Virus record (IMG/VR): IMGVR_UViG_3300035182_001315
DNA: 64,000 nt
DNA from: a virus
Taxonomy: Duplodnaviria > Caudoviricetes
Reading direction: 5' to 3' (one strand)
This document shows, piece after piece, positions 8,387-17,498 of the stretch. Every line of letters begins with the position of its first letter. Within the stretch, counting starts at the first letter, position 1. Position numbers and translations under genes: made by a program. The notes under the pieces are model-generated. The model saw only the letters and a list, made by a program, of their open reading frames with translations. It was not told the origin of the DNA and made no database searches.

Positions 8387-10146
8387 TACGCTAAATCCAT
8401 GTTGTATTTATGCAAGTCTAATAGCTGCTTAGCTTCTTTCTTCAGATACATAATAGGTATCCTTTCAAAGAATTCTTTGGTCTTGTTCCAGTAACCAATC
8501 CATATCTGACGACATTTCTTTCCAGTTTCCAGCTCATACATATAAGCATACGTACTAAGCTGAAGGGTATAAATAGACCACTGGCAGTTCTGTAAATGGT
8601 CGAATGGTTTCTTAAGCGTCTGGTAACCGAACAGGTTATAAAAGTTGAAAAGACGGTTTGTATTATGTGTAATTGAAAATGTAAATCCGTATAAAAAAGT
8701 GCTGGATTTACTATTAACCTCGATACATCGAGTCGGTACAGAAGGAACTGGTTCAACAGATATAATATTTTTAAACGTGGTATGGTTTCTTGTTTCAAAT
8801 GAAATATCTTTATTTCTATGTAAAAATGGGTTCAAGGTATTTGACGTGAAACATATGTCATAAACCATAATATTTTTCCCATTGAACTTTTTTATAAAAG
8901 AGAATTGCGTACACTTTAAGCCTAAACTTGAACTTAGTTGTATAAACGCATCCCTTTGCCACTCCCTTGTTGTAGACATTACAAACCGTCTACGCTTTTT
9001 ATGATAATGCCCGTCAGCATCCATGAATCCCCTTAGTAGGTCTAGCCGTTGTTCGTATGAAGAATTTAAGTAAATGGATGGTATATGCTTGTTTTCCAAA
9101 ACCCCCATACCTATTAAGATATTCCTAACACCAAATAGGGTTCTGGTTTCAGCTTTTCCTGCCCCACCCCCACTAATATCTGAGCCGATTTTATATCCTC
9201 TTTTTTCAATTTCATCCCAAATATCGTCGTGCATATTGGTGACTTTGCTATTGACACTATGCCCATCACCCAACCATACTCCGAATACATATGGGTCTAA
9301 CGGTAAATCAATTTTAGGTGTCTCCAATGGTTTGGCTATCCGAATCTTAGGTAATTTATGTGACCATCGCTTCCCAGATGAATTTAATTCTTTTAAATAA
9401 TTAAACAGTTCAACTGTGGTCATAACAACATCTTTAAATTTTTTATCACGATAAAAAGAAATTAACCATCGATGTTCAAAATCAGCGGTGATTTCTTCCC
9501 CATTATCAAAGGATATTTTATAACAAGGTTTGTTTTTAATCTGTGAGAAATGTATTATATCAACCAACTTTCCATCCATATCATACACCTTATCACCTTC
9601 CGTCAACGTCCCCATTGTTTTCCAACCATAGTTTGTAAATACCGGCGTGTCTACTGGTAATCCCTTCCAGTCACCCACATCGAAGAATTCCTCGTTGATA
9701 TCCACGATAAGGTCACTCATACCAGCCAGCTTGTGATATTCCGAAAACATGATGCGCTCCGGCATCATACAAATACCCTCATCCACCTTCAGCAAATCAT
9801 ACCCACCTGTGACCTTCTGTTGCAACTCATCCTCTGGAAACCACCATTTGTTTTTCTTAAGGTAGGTTTCTATCGTATCGTGTACGTAAGTACCATAAGT
9901 GTTGGCCTCATCATTGAGCATTTGCCAGAAATCCAGAATCTCTTGCTTGGTCAGGCCAATGTACCTTTCCTGCTTTACCTTATTGGATTGGTGAGTGATT
10001 GCCTCGGCTACCGCATCAGCATCGAAATGCGGTTCGATGCTGGCTATGGCCTTGGTTACGGAATTATATTTAACGCCGGTTACACGGTGAATGTATACGT
10101 GTTCAACGGGTTCCAAATAAACTGGCCCTACATGTTCTTTTACCAT
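8386..10146 (-). CDS. PD-(D/E)XK (Cas4/RecB-like) exonuclease precursor containing an intein
   Basis: Exteins carry GTYVHD, ERIMFS, AGMSDL, DVGDWK/TN and YTLQLSTY motifs. The intein interrupts DWK|TN. Confidence 0.85.
   Translation of the reverse strand: MVKEHVGPVYLEPVEHVYIHRVTGVKYNSVTKAIASIEPHFDADAVAEAITHQSNKVKQERYIGLTKQEILDFWQMLNDEANTYGTYVHDTIETYLKKNKWWFPEDELQQKVTGGYDLLKVDEGICMMPERIMFSEYHKLAGMSDLIVDINEEFFDVGDWKGLPVDTPVFTNYGWKTMGTLTEGDKVYDMDGKLVDIIHFSQIKNKPCYKISFDNGEEITADFEHRWLISFYRDKKFKDVVMTTVELFNYLKELNSSGKRWSHKLPKIRIAKPLETPKIDLPLDPYVFGVWLGDGHSVNSKVTNMHDDIWDEIEKRGYKIGSDISGGGAGKAETRTLFGVRNILIGMGVLENKHIPSIYLNSSYEQRLDLLRGFMDADGHYHKKRRRFVMSTTREWQRDAFIQLSSSLGLKCTQFSFIKKFNGKNIMVYDICFTSNTLNPFLHRNKDISFETRNHTTFKNIISVEPVPSVPTRCIEVNSKSSTFLYGFTFSITHNTNRLFNFYNLFGYQTLKKPFDHLQNCQWSIYTLQLSTYAYMYELETGKKCRQIWIGYWNKTKEFFERIPIMYLKKEAKQLLDLHKYNMDLA
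8662..9663 (-). mobile_element. 334-aa intein with LAGLIDADG endonuclease, Gly1, class-3 WCT signature
   Basis: Starts GLPVDTPVFTNYGWKTMG; block B HRW; block F TRCIEV; ends ITHN/T. Endonuclease motifs are FGVWLGDG and LLRGFMDADG. Confidence 0.9.
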
Positions 10147-10649
10147 TATATAAACATTTTTTTTAATTTTTCAATTTCAATCTCGTGAAGGTAATTTAAT
10201 TTACTTGTTGGGTTATACCCGATTTGTGTTTGATAATATTTAATTTCCTCTGTAGTTAAGCGGTTCCACACATCTATCTCAATTTTCCCATCTATCATTG
10301 GTGGGAAGGTCATCTTTCCACTTCTAATGTGCAATGAATAATCAGTAAGAAATAAAGTTAATTCAGACCCAATAAATCTTGCTCTACCAATTCGCCAGAA
10401 ACTACTAAAATCAAATCCCTTATTTTGTTTTCTGAACCAAGCCTTTACGTACCATTTACATTGCTTTTCTGTTAGTCCAAATACATTAATTAAAGAATTT
10501 ATTACATCCAATTTATTTGCATACATTGGTACATACGCTGATTTTGGTGTGTGATAAATCTTGTGATTTAATTGAAAAACTGATTTTTCTGCTGGTATAA
10601 AAAAATCATCATCCAAGACTGAAAAAATATGTTTTTTTAACTTTCTCAT
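10146..10649 (-). CDS. Hypothetical protein, paralog family member 3
   Basis: VFGLTEKQCKWYVKAWFRKQNKGFDFSSFWR; AT-rich. Confidence 0.7.
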   Translation of the reverse strand: MRKLKKHIFSVLDDDFFIPAEKSVFQLNHKIYHTPKSAYVPMYANKLDVINSLINVFGLTEKQCKWYVKAWFRKQNKGFDFSSFWRIGRARFIGSELTLFLTDYSLHIRSGKMTFPPMIDGKIEIDVWNRLTTEEIKYYQTQIGYNPTSKLNYLHEIEIEKLKKMFI

Positions 10650-11608
10650 TCTATTATTTTTCGTTCTTTTAGTTCCTGAGGTGTGCCGGTACGTTTCAAT
10701 AACTTAACGATACCGTCTCGGCCTCTTAATTCATTTATCTTACTTGGGTCATACTTGGCTGGTGGATGACAAATCTTAACCCTTCCTTTCAAAGCCCCAA
10801 AATTCAAATCATTATATAGAAGCAATGCATCTTCCAGAGCGTCACCATCCAAAAGGATTACCACGTTCGCCTTGGCCTTCTCATCCAGCAGTATCCGTAA
10901 GACTTCCGATATAAATTTTCCCAATAGAGGAATGCTATTTGGAACAACTATATGGTCTGTTGCACCTTCAACCAGATATATTGTTGCATCCCAGTTAATC
11001 CGGCCTTCATTGAATACGATAGCCTGCTTCTCCGCCTCTGGGTTCATGTACTTGTTCTTCACCTTTACCTTATCAAACCATCTAGCCACAAAATAATTGA
11101 GCTTCTGGTCAAGGTCATAAGACGGAATAATGATACGGTTAAAGAACTTGCCACTGCTACAAAAGCCTATGTCGTATTTGTTGATGACTTCAGGTGTTAT
11201 ACCACGGGTCGTTAGGTACTCCATGGCGGCATTATACTTGAAGTCCTTGAATGTTGCATCAGTGAGGCGCTTGTAGCCCTCAGGGAGCTTTAAATTGACG
11301 GTCTTCTTGTATTCCCTTGTGTCAGATACATCCGGCTTAACGAGGTCGTAATCCTTCAGGTTTTTGGGTGTGCCGTAACGTTTGATAAGCCGGGTAATTG
11401 AGCCGTACATATCATTGGTTTCTTTACAAACCCAGCATTTAAAAACGTCTCGTTGGTAGTTTATTTCAAGGTTTCCCTTACCGTCACCCCAGCGCATACC
11501 CTTCTCCATAGAACACGCAGGACAATCGAAACTGATTTGTCCTGAATCCTCATTATGTTTCCGGTGCTCACCTAAAAAGCTCTCTAATATAGATGTTATG
11601 AATGCCAC
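10646..11608 (-). CDS. DNA primase (Zn finger + TOPRIM), GTG start
   Basis: CPAC...CWVC zinc site, RIIIP, EGATD and LDGDA. Confidence 0.88.
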   Translation of the reverse strand: MAFITSILESFLGEHRKHNEDSGQISFDCPACSMEKGMRWGDGKGNLEINYQRDVFKCWVCKETNDMYGSITRLIKRYGTPKNLKDYDLVKPDVSDTREYKKTVNLKLPEGYKRLTDATFKDFKYNAAMEYLTTRGITPEVINKYDIGFCSSGKFFNRIIIPSYDLDQKLNYFVARWFDKVKVKNKYMNPEAEKQAIVFNEGRINWDATIYLVEGATDHIVVPNSIPLLGKFISEVLRILLDEKAKANVVILLDGDALEDALLLYNDLNFGALKGRVKICHPPAKYDPSKINELRGRDGIVKLLKRTGTPQELKERKIIE

Positions 11609-11690
11609 AAACGCAAAGTTACGAAGAAATTGGCACTAAAAGCAAAATCTGGACGAAAAGCCCAGATTGTTACTATATTTATCAGAATTT

Positions 11691-12341
11691 TTATTTCCAA
11701 AGAAGGTTCTTTCTCATGAATCCCCTTACAGCTGCGTAGCTGTCGGCCATATCGAAGTTCTCTTTCTTTAGCTTGTTCTTTTTGTCGTAAAACCAGTCAA
11801 TTTGAGGTTCAAGGTCGGTAACCATTTCCCAAACGACCATCTTTTTGTCGATTTCGTAATCGTACCCGCCGAACAGCACCGGCTCACTCTTCGCAATTTC
11901 CTTTTCAGTCCTTTCAGTACCGTCTTTCTTTACGGTTCTCACCGCCATCAGTTGAGGGAAGGCATACTTTCTTGCATCATATGATGATATGAATTCTGGG
12001 ATAACACCAAGGGTCTCATAAACGGATCTCGCTATCATTCCATTGAATCGCAAAAGGGTTGCGATTGTATAAACGTTGTTTGATTGAAGAAGTGGTTCCT
12101 CGATTATCACACGGGTGATACCCACATCGGCATATCCATTCAAGAATTCCTTCTCGAAGATTCTTGCCTTTTCGAATAGTTCCGCAAGCTTGCTTTCTGG
12201 TTCCGGCTTAACCTTAGGGGTTACGTGATGAAGCAACTTAAGAGCGCCTTCGCCCTCGTTGTCTTCAAATAATGAAATACCTATGGTCTTGGTTGACACG
12301 TCAAGGCCAAGAACTAAGTTACCTTCTGGTTTTGATTCCAT
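11691..12341 (-). CDS. RuvC-like Holliday junction resolvase
   Basis: LVLGLDVSTKTIG, IIEEP and DMADSY give the RNase H-fold acidic tetrad pattern. Confidence 0.8.
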   Translation of the reverse strand: MESKPEGNLVLGLDVSTKTIGISLFEDNEGEGALKLLHHVTPKVKPEPESKLAELFEKARIFEKEFLNGYADVGITRVIIEEPLLQSNNVYTIATLLRFNGMIARSVYETLGVIPEFISSYDARKYAFPQLMAVRTVKKDGTERTEKEIAKSEPVLFGGYDYEIDKKMVVWEMVTDLEPQIDWFYDKKNKLKKENFDMADSYAAVRGFMRKNLLWK

Positions 12342-12386
12342 AATCTCTTTTTCTGAATATAAGCCTATCTTTAAAAAGGTAAAGTC

Positions 12387-12406
12387 TTACAAGCCGATTT
12401 TTATAC
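12387..12406 (-). pseudogene. Stranded C-terminal remnant (IKIGL*) of gene 13092-14288
   Basis: ATA AAA ATC GGC TTG TAA versus the current gene end ATA CGC ATA GGA TTA TAA (IRIGL*). Confidence 0.6.
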
Positions 12407-13090
12407 ATATTTCCATTGAAAACTACCAGTTGTCTTAAGTCTACCTTTACAGGTCGATGTAATATTCCCAACATACAAGTTAAGTTTGCTGGCTGCATCC
12501 GTAATACTTTCCCAAATTTGTATTGGTTCGCCGAGTAACGAGAATTGTTGTATTGATACCTTATTTACTGGTATCGAGCCAGTCATGGCTTTTGATTGTT
12601 GAAGTTTTGATTTCTCAGAGCGAGTTATTCCAAGTCTTGGGTGACCATCTCTTTCTTGTTGTTCCTTGCGAATTTTAGACTGTAAGATTTTGGTTTCCTC
12701 TGTGTGTTTCTTATTAAAGAATGTATTCTTATCACCCGTTCTTTGTTTACCTAATTCGGACAGATTATCCTTTTGTTTCTGGGTTAACTTAATTCCAAGT
12801 GTATTTCCAGCAATTTTACAGGTATTGTATTCTGGAAGTAAGGTATCCAAATATAATTGTTCTCTTTCTAAAATAATATCTGTATCAACAGTTTCTATTA
12901 TTTCAAAAGAAAACGATTCAGCACTATATTTTATCCATGCTGATTGAAGATGCTTGTTGTGATGTTTACCTCTATTAAGATTACTTTTGTGTTCGTTCCA
13001 TCTTTTTCGGAATCCACCAGTACTTGACGCACTTCCAATATAAATCTTGTTGTTCACAAGATTCGTTATTTTATATATGCCGGTATTCAT
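12401..13090 (-). mobile_element. Free-standing GIY-YIG homing endonuclease with NUMOD3/NUMOD1-like tail
   Basis: GIYKITNLVNNKIYIGSA, R..EH, E..YLD and YN motifs; KHTEETK; C-terminal QFSLLGE..WES..A..GSFQWKY; AT-rich. Confidence 0.9.
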
Positions 13091-13091
13091 C

Positions 13092-14288
13092 TTATAATCC
13101 TATGCGTATTCCCAAGGCCAAGAATTCGTTTACGTTTCTTACGATTTGTCTGTCCATCTTCGCCAAAGCTATAAGGTCGCCGTCACCATCATAAAGACCA
13201 ATTTCAGAGATTCTTGGTGTGTCACCATTTCTGAAGGTTGGGTTTGAGGATACACCGAACTCACCACGGGCCAACAAACAAGTTACGTTCTGCACCACTG
13301 AGCTTGATACGCTGTTAAGTGTTACTGAGGTAGCTGTTGAAGCTGGGTTGAAGTTGTTTACGATTGTAGGTTCTGTGATTACCAAGAAGCCCTTGTCCAA
13401 ATAAGCAATACCTACTACGGTATCTGCACTCTCTGCAAGGTTGGTATCAGTTGTGAGGTTGTAAAGCTGCTTTGCGTTAACACTGAATGGCTTTACACTA
13501 CCGAAGCCAGTTGACCAGCTAAGTGCAGCATTACCACCATTTGGCTTCTTGATATCATCAGATACAAGGAAGGCCACGTTGCTACCGAACATTCTTGTGT
13601 TGGCAGCGGCATCAGTATAGTTAGCATCCTGTACAGAAAGCGGTAAGCCGGTGTTCTGGAAGGTTGAGTAAATATTAAAGGTTGATGCGGTTGTTGTAAT
13701 TGAAAGCTTGATTTGTTTGCCATCGATAAGTTCACCGATGCTACCACCGATACCAATCGCAATAATCTTTGTCTGAGCAATACCGCTTAATGCTGTACCC
13801 GAAAAACCACCGAATGATGGTGTTAGTCCAGTATAATTAAAGTCATCAGTTGTGTTCAAAGGAAGGTTAAAAGCGTAATACAAGTTTACCAATGGGTCAG
13901 TCTGTGTGTTGGTTCTTGTAATAACGTTCTGAGAAAGGGATGCACCGCTGATGGTTGTTTGACCGTTTGCAATGAAGTCGATGGTTACACCGCTTGATTG
14001 AACTTCAGTCGGCTTCTTGGTCTGCCCCATGCTATTTACTACCAAGAAGCTTTTGATACCTACGTTAGATCCAACGCTGTTAGATACAGTTGAGTTAGCA
14101 CCAAGTGTACCACCATCACCCGGAACTTGTCCAGTTCCCAATGGCAATGCGGCAAAGTAATTTGCATCAGAATCTCCGATAGAGAATGATGAAATTAAAT
14201 TGTTATCCGTCAAGATAAGCTTCTTTCTACCTACTGGCGTAAGCTTAGCTAATAAGGTTGTTGTTGTTGCACTTGGTATGTATCCCAT
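13092..14288 (-). CDS. Virion structural protein (tail/baseplate-associated)
   Basis: G/S/T-rich beta character; C-terminal ISEIGLYD..LIALAK motif is shared with the neighbouring structural gene. Confidence 0.7.
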   Translation of the reverse strand: MGYIPSATTTTLLAKLTPVGRKKLILTDNNLISSFSIGDSDANYFAALPLGTGQVPGDGGTLGANSTVSNSVGSNVGIKSFLVVNSMGQTKKPTEVQSSGVTIDFIANGQTTISGASLSQNVITRTNTQTDPLVNLYYAFNLPLNTTDDFNYTGLTPSFGGFSGTALSGIAQTKIIAIGIGGSIGELIDGKQIKLSITTTASTFNIYSTFQNTGLPLSVQDANYTDAAANTRMFGSNVAFLVSDDIKKPNGGNAALSWSTGFGSVKPFSVNAKQLYNLTTDTNLAESADTVVGIAYLDKGFLVITEPTIVNNFNPASTATSVTLNSVSSSVVQNVTCLLARGEFGVSSNPTFRNGDTPRISEIGLYDGDGDLIALAKMDRQIVRNVNEFLALGIRIGL

Positions 14289-14300
14289 ATCTTTATTTAA

Positions 14301-16448
14301 TTAAAAGTCCATTGATAATTCTAACAGAATTGTGTTTCCAGCAAGCAATGCTACTGGTACACTCAACTTACCAATAACAACCAAGTTATTCAAGTTATCG
14401 TAAATAGCTACTTCAGTCACCTTGATATCTGGTGGGTTGGTAGAAGGCTGCTTACTTCTTGTTGGGTTGGTTGTAAGATTGTATTGAGCTGAGTTAACTC
14501 TGATGTCGAATATTGTCTTATATATTGTTGCACCGATAAATGTTTCCAAGTTACCGTAGAAGAATCTTTCATCTCCGAACTGTAACAAAGCAGGGTTAGA
14601 GTTTGGTGCCAAGCTCATGCTCTGTGTAATATCAAACGTTGTTGCGCCGGTTCCAATTGCAGTTGACAATACGAATCCTAACGCAGCTGGCGCTTGGTTT
14701 TCAAGAAGCTTAGGGTTAATGGTTTGTCCAGCACCGCCAGTAATAGCAGTAGTTGTAAAATCATAAACCTTCCAGCTACCAGCATCAGGTCTTGCATTCT
14801 GGTCATCCACGATTTGATAAACCAATTTTAATTGACGAGCATAGAAACCTAAGCCATCATATCCTGATTCAATCTTTCTCATGTAAGGAAGAAGGTCAAC
14901 ATCTTCAATCTTGAAAGAGATGTCCTTGCTGCTTGAACTGTTGTTTGTAACCTTGATGTAATCCTGACATGGAAGACTTGTTGTAAGTCCAGAACCAGCA
15001 GTGTTATCAAGAGTATATGTAAGATAAATTGTTTTGTTTACATCCAAGATACCAGTAGTTGTTCCACCAGTTGGTGCAGTAAGGAAAGCAGAAAGTTCTG
15101 GAAGTGTCCAGCTTCTGTTTGCCTTATAAGATGTTGCCGCAACGATTTCATCGTTATCAATAACTACCGTCTTAGACTGAGTGAATACCTTACCAACAAC
15201 CTTAGGCTGCTTGCTACCAATAAGAGCTGGGTCTTCGTAAAGGTCCATATACTCAACTTGGCTCGTACCCAATAACTTGGTTGCACCACTTGAGATAAAT
15301 GACATACCCTGAGTTGTACCGCTCGCTGTTGCGAATCCTCTTCTGTGATACATCAAGTCTGGAAGGTGAATCTTCACCTGCTTGCCAGTTGGCACATCAA
15401 TATAGAAGAACTCACCATAAAGGTTAGATATCGTATTGTTTGTGTAATGAAGAATAGAAATTGATTTGCTGATACCATCAGAATAGCTGAAGCCGGGGCC
15501 GTTACATTCTGTTGCAGCAATTGCATCATTGGTAGCACAAAGGTATTCGAAATAAGGATTCTTTGAACCCAAGTAATCGTATGAACCAAACTTTGTGTAG
15601 TCTTCGTAAAGGGCTGTTGTTGTTAAGCCAGTTACACCGGCAAGATTTTCACACCAAACGTTGTTCATATTCCAAACCTTAACGTCACCACAAGTGATGT
15701 TGGTTGCAGAATCAAATGAAAGAGTACCACTATCCCAATATGCTGTAGATGTATCGTAACCGAAAGCATCAGCCACTTCACCACCCGGATAAACGAACAC
15801 GTAGGAATTGCTTGCTACTTGGTTTGTAAGCTTCGGAAGGGTACGGTCAACAGTAATAGCAACACCACTACCTGTTGAACCTGTAGCCTGAACCTTGTAC
15901 CATAAGTTTGGTACTGGCACAGAATTTTCAAGAGCCGTAGCACCTGAAGTCGCATCGCTTACTATCTTAAGGCGGATAAAGTCACCCACGTTTACTGGGA
16001 TGCCGGTAGCAATGATAAGTTGTGTTCCACCTGTGATTGTGGTATTAAGAGGGTTTGTGTAGCCTCTCATATATGTTGTTCCTGTCTGGGTTGTATAAAC
16101 TTCGCTGGCTCCGGTGAAAAAACCTCTTTCTTCAGCTTCGTTATTAACGATTGCCTTCACAACGTTGATGTTGGATGGGTTCAAGGCTGTAAGATTGGCA
16201 CCGGCTGAGGTCGTAATAAAAGACTTCAGGTCTGGCTGTCTATCAAAAGGTCTAAATACCTTGCTTGAGCCTGATAAAGAAGGATTGGATTGGTTTGCAT
16301 CGACAATGGCTTCCCTGTTATAGTTGATTTCGGAATCACCTATGGCCCAAGATGCGAAGTTTAATTGCCCCTTAGCTAATTGTTGTCTACCAACCTCAGT
16401 TAATTTTATTGAAACGAAAGGAGATGTACTCTTTATGATATATGACAT
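14301..16448 (-). CDS. Virion structural protein with recoded N-terminus
   Basis: LTEVGRQQLAKG..F..WAIGDSEINY at the N-terminus and VTEVAIYD..LVVIGKL at the C-terminus; related to 13092-14288. Confidence 0.75.
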   Translation of the reverse strand: MSYIIKSTSPFVSIKLTEVGRQQLAKGQLNFASWAIGDSEINYNREAIVDANQSNPSLSGSSKVFRPFDRQPDLKSFITTSAGANLTALNPSNINVVKAIVNNEAEERGFFTGASEVYTTQTGTTYMRGYTNPLNTTITGGTQLIIATGIPVNVGDFIRLKIVSDATSGATALENSVPVPNLWYKVQATGSTGSGVAITVDRTLPKLTNQVASNSYVFVYPGGEVADAFGYDTSTAYWDSGTLSFDSATNITCGDVKVWNMNNVWCENLAGVTGLTTTALYEDYTKFGSYDYLGSKNPYFEYLCATNDAIAATECNGPGFSYSDGISKSISILHYTNNTISNLYGEFFYIDVPTGKQVKIHLPDLMYHRRGFATASGTTQGMSFISSGATKLLGTSQVEYMDLYEDPALIGSKQPKVVGKVFTQSKTVVIDNDEIVAATSYKANRSWTLPELSAFLTAPTGGTTTGILDVNKTIYLTYTLDNTAGSGLTTSLPCQDYIKVTNNSSSSKDISFKIEDVDLLPYMRKIESGYDGLGFYARQLKLVYQIVDDQNARPDAGSWKVYDFTTTAITGGAGQTINPKLLENQAPAALGFVLSTAIGTGATTFDITQSMSLAPNSNPALLQFGDERFFYGNLETFIGATIYKTIFDIRVNSAQYNLTTNPTRSKQPSTNPPDIKVTEVAIYDNLNNLVVIGKLSVPVALLAGNTILLELSMDF

Positions 16449-16450
16449 AA

Positions 16451-17335
16451 TTATTTTTTAAAAATTTCAATTAATTCTTGAATTGGATTTTTATTGTAAG
16501 GAATTCTTATTAATTTAATATTCTTTATTTTACAATATTCATCTTTTATTTTATCTTTTTTTTGTTGGTCTAATAGACCAAGTTCTCCACCCCATTTTTC
16601 AATTGCTATAAAATGTTGTCTACCATCATACTCAATACACACATTATAATCTTCGATATAAAAATCAAATGGTAACGGTCTGATATCTCTACAATCAGGA
16701 AATATAAATTGTCTTGAAAATTTAATCGCTTGTGCAATTAAAAATTCCTTGATTAATTTCTCACCCTTTGACTCTCTACAAATCTTACACCCAGAACCCC
16801 TTAAATGTTTATCTGACATTTGTTCGAAAAGCCCATGTTTTGGACAAATTATCTTAATTTTTTTAAAAACACCAGTATAGTTTGTCAAACTATAATCATA
16901 TTTAAAATTGTGTATTTTCTCTACTATATTAATATATTCTTCATTTGTCTTCCCCTGTCCTGAACATTTTATACACCCTGTCCCTCTCATGTGACTTGAC
17001 GCTTCTTGTTCAAATTCCCCATGTTCTGGACAAATTATCTTAACTTTCGTTTTATTGTTTTTATATTCAACCAAAGAATAATCGTATTTATCACCATGTT
17101 TTAATTTACTTTTTTTTAAAAAAAGCTCAATAGGTAATTTTCTATTACCACATTCACCACACCCTACTCCTCTCAAATGACAACCAGCTTCTTGTTCAAA
17201 TTCCCCATGTTCTGGACAAATTATCTTAACTTTCGTTTTATTGTTTTTATATTCAACCAAAGAATAATCGTATTTATCATTATGGACGGATTTTCCTTTT
17301 TCACTAAATGTATTTATCGACAATTTCTTACTCAT
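16451..17335 (-). mobile_element. Free-standing endonuclease: three DUF723-like Cys/His repeats plus Vsr/PD-(D/E)XK-like domain
   Basis: YDYSLVEY...VKIICPEHGEFEQ...H..G.GC..C repeated three times; LPFDFYIEDYNVCIEYDGRQHF; start placed at MSKKLS after ATATTTAT. Confidence 0.85.
17001..17279. repeat. Perfect 93-bp direct repeat (17001-17093 and 17187-17279)
   Basis: Identical by direct reading; offset 186 nt, i.e. 62 codons. Confidence 0.9.
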
Positions 17336-17357
17336 ATCAATAAATATCCACATCAAA

Positions 17358-17438
17358 CTAAAAAGCCAAGCTTTCTCTACCCTTTTCGGTAAGCTTGATG
17401 CTCACAAATGGACTTGTACTTTTGATAATATAGCTCAT
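17358..17438 (-). pseudogene. Stranded N-terminal remnant (26 aa) of gene 14301-16448
   Basis: MSYIIKSTSPFVSIKLTEKGRESLAF* versus gene start MSYIIKSTSPFVSIKLTEVGRQQLAKG; preceded by promoter motifs at 17444-17495. Confidence 0.92.
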
Positions 17439-17498
17439 ACTGAATAAATATATGTTGTTTTTGTTTTATTTTACTCTAAAATCCCTATAAGTCAATAA

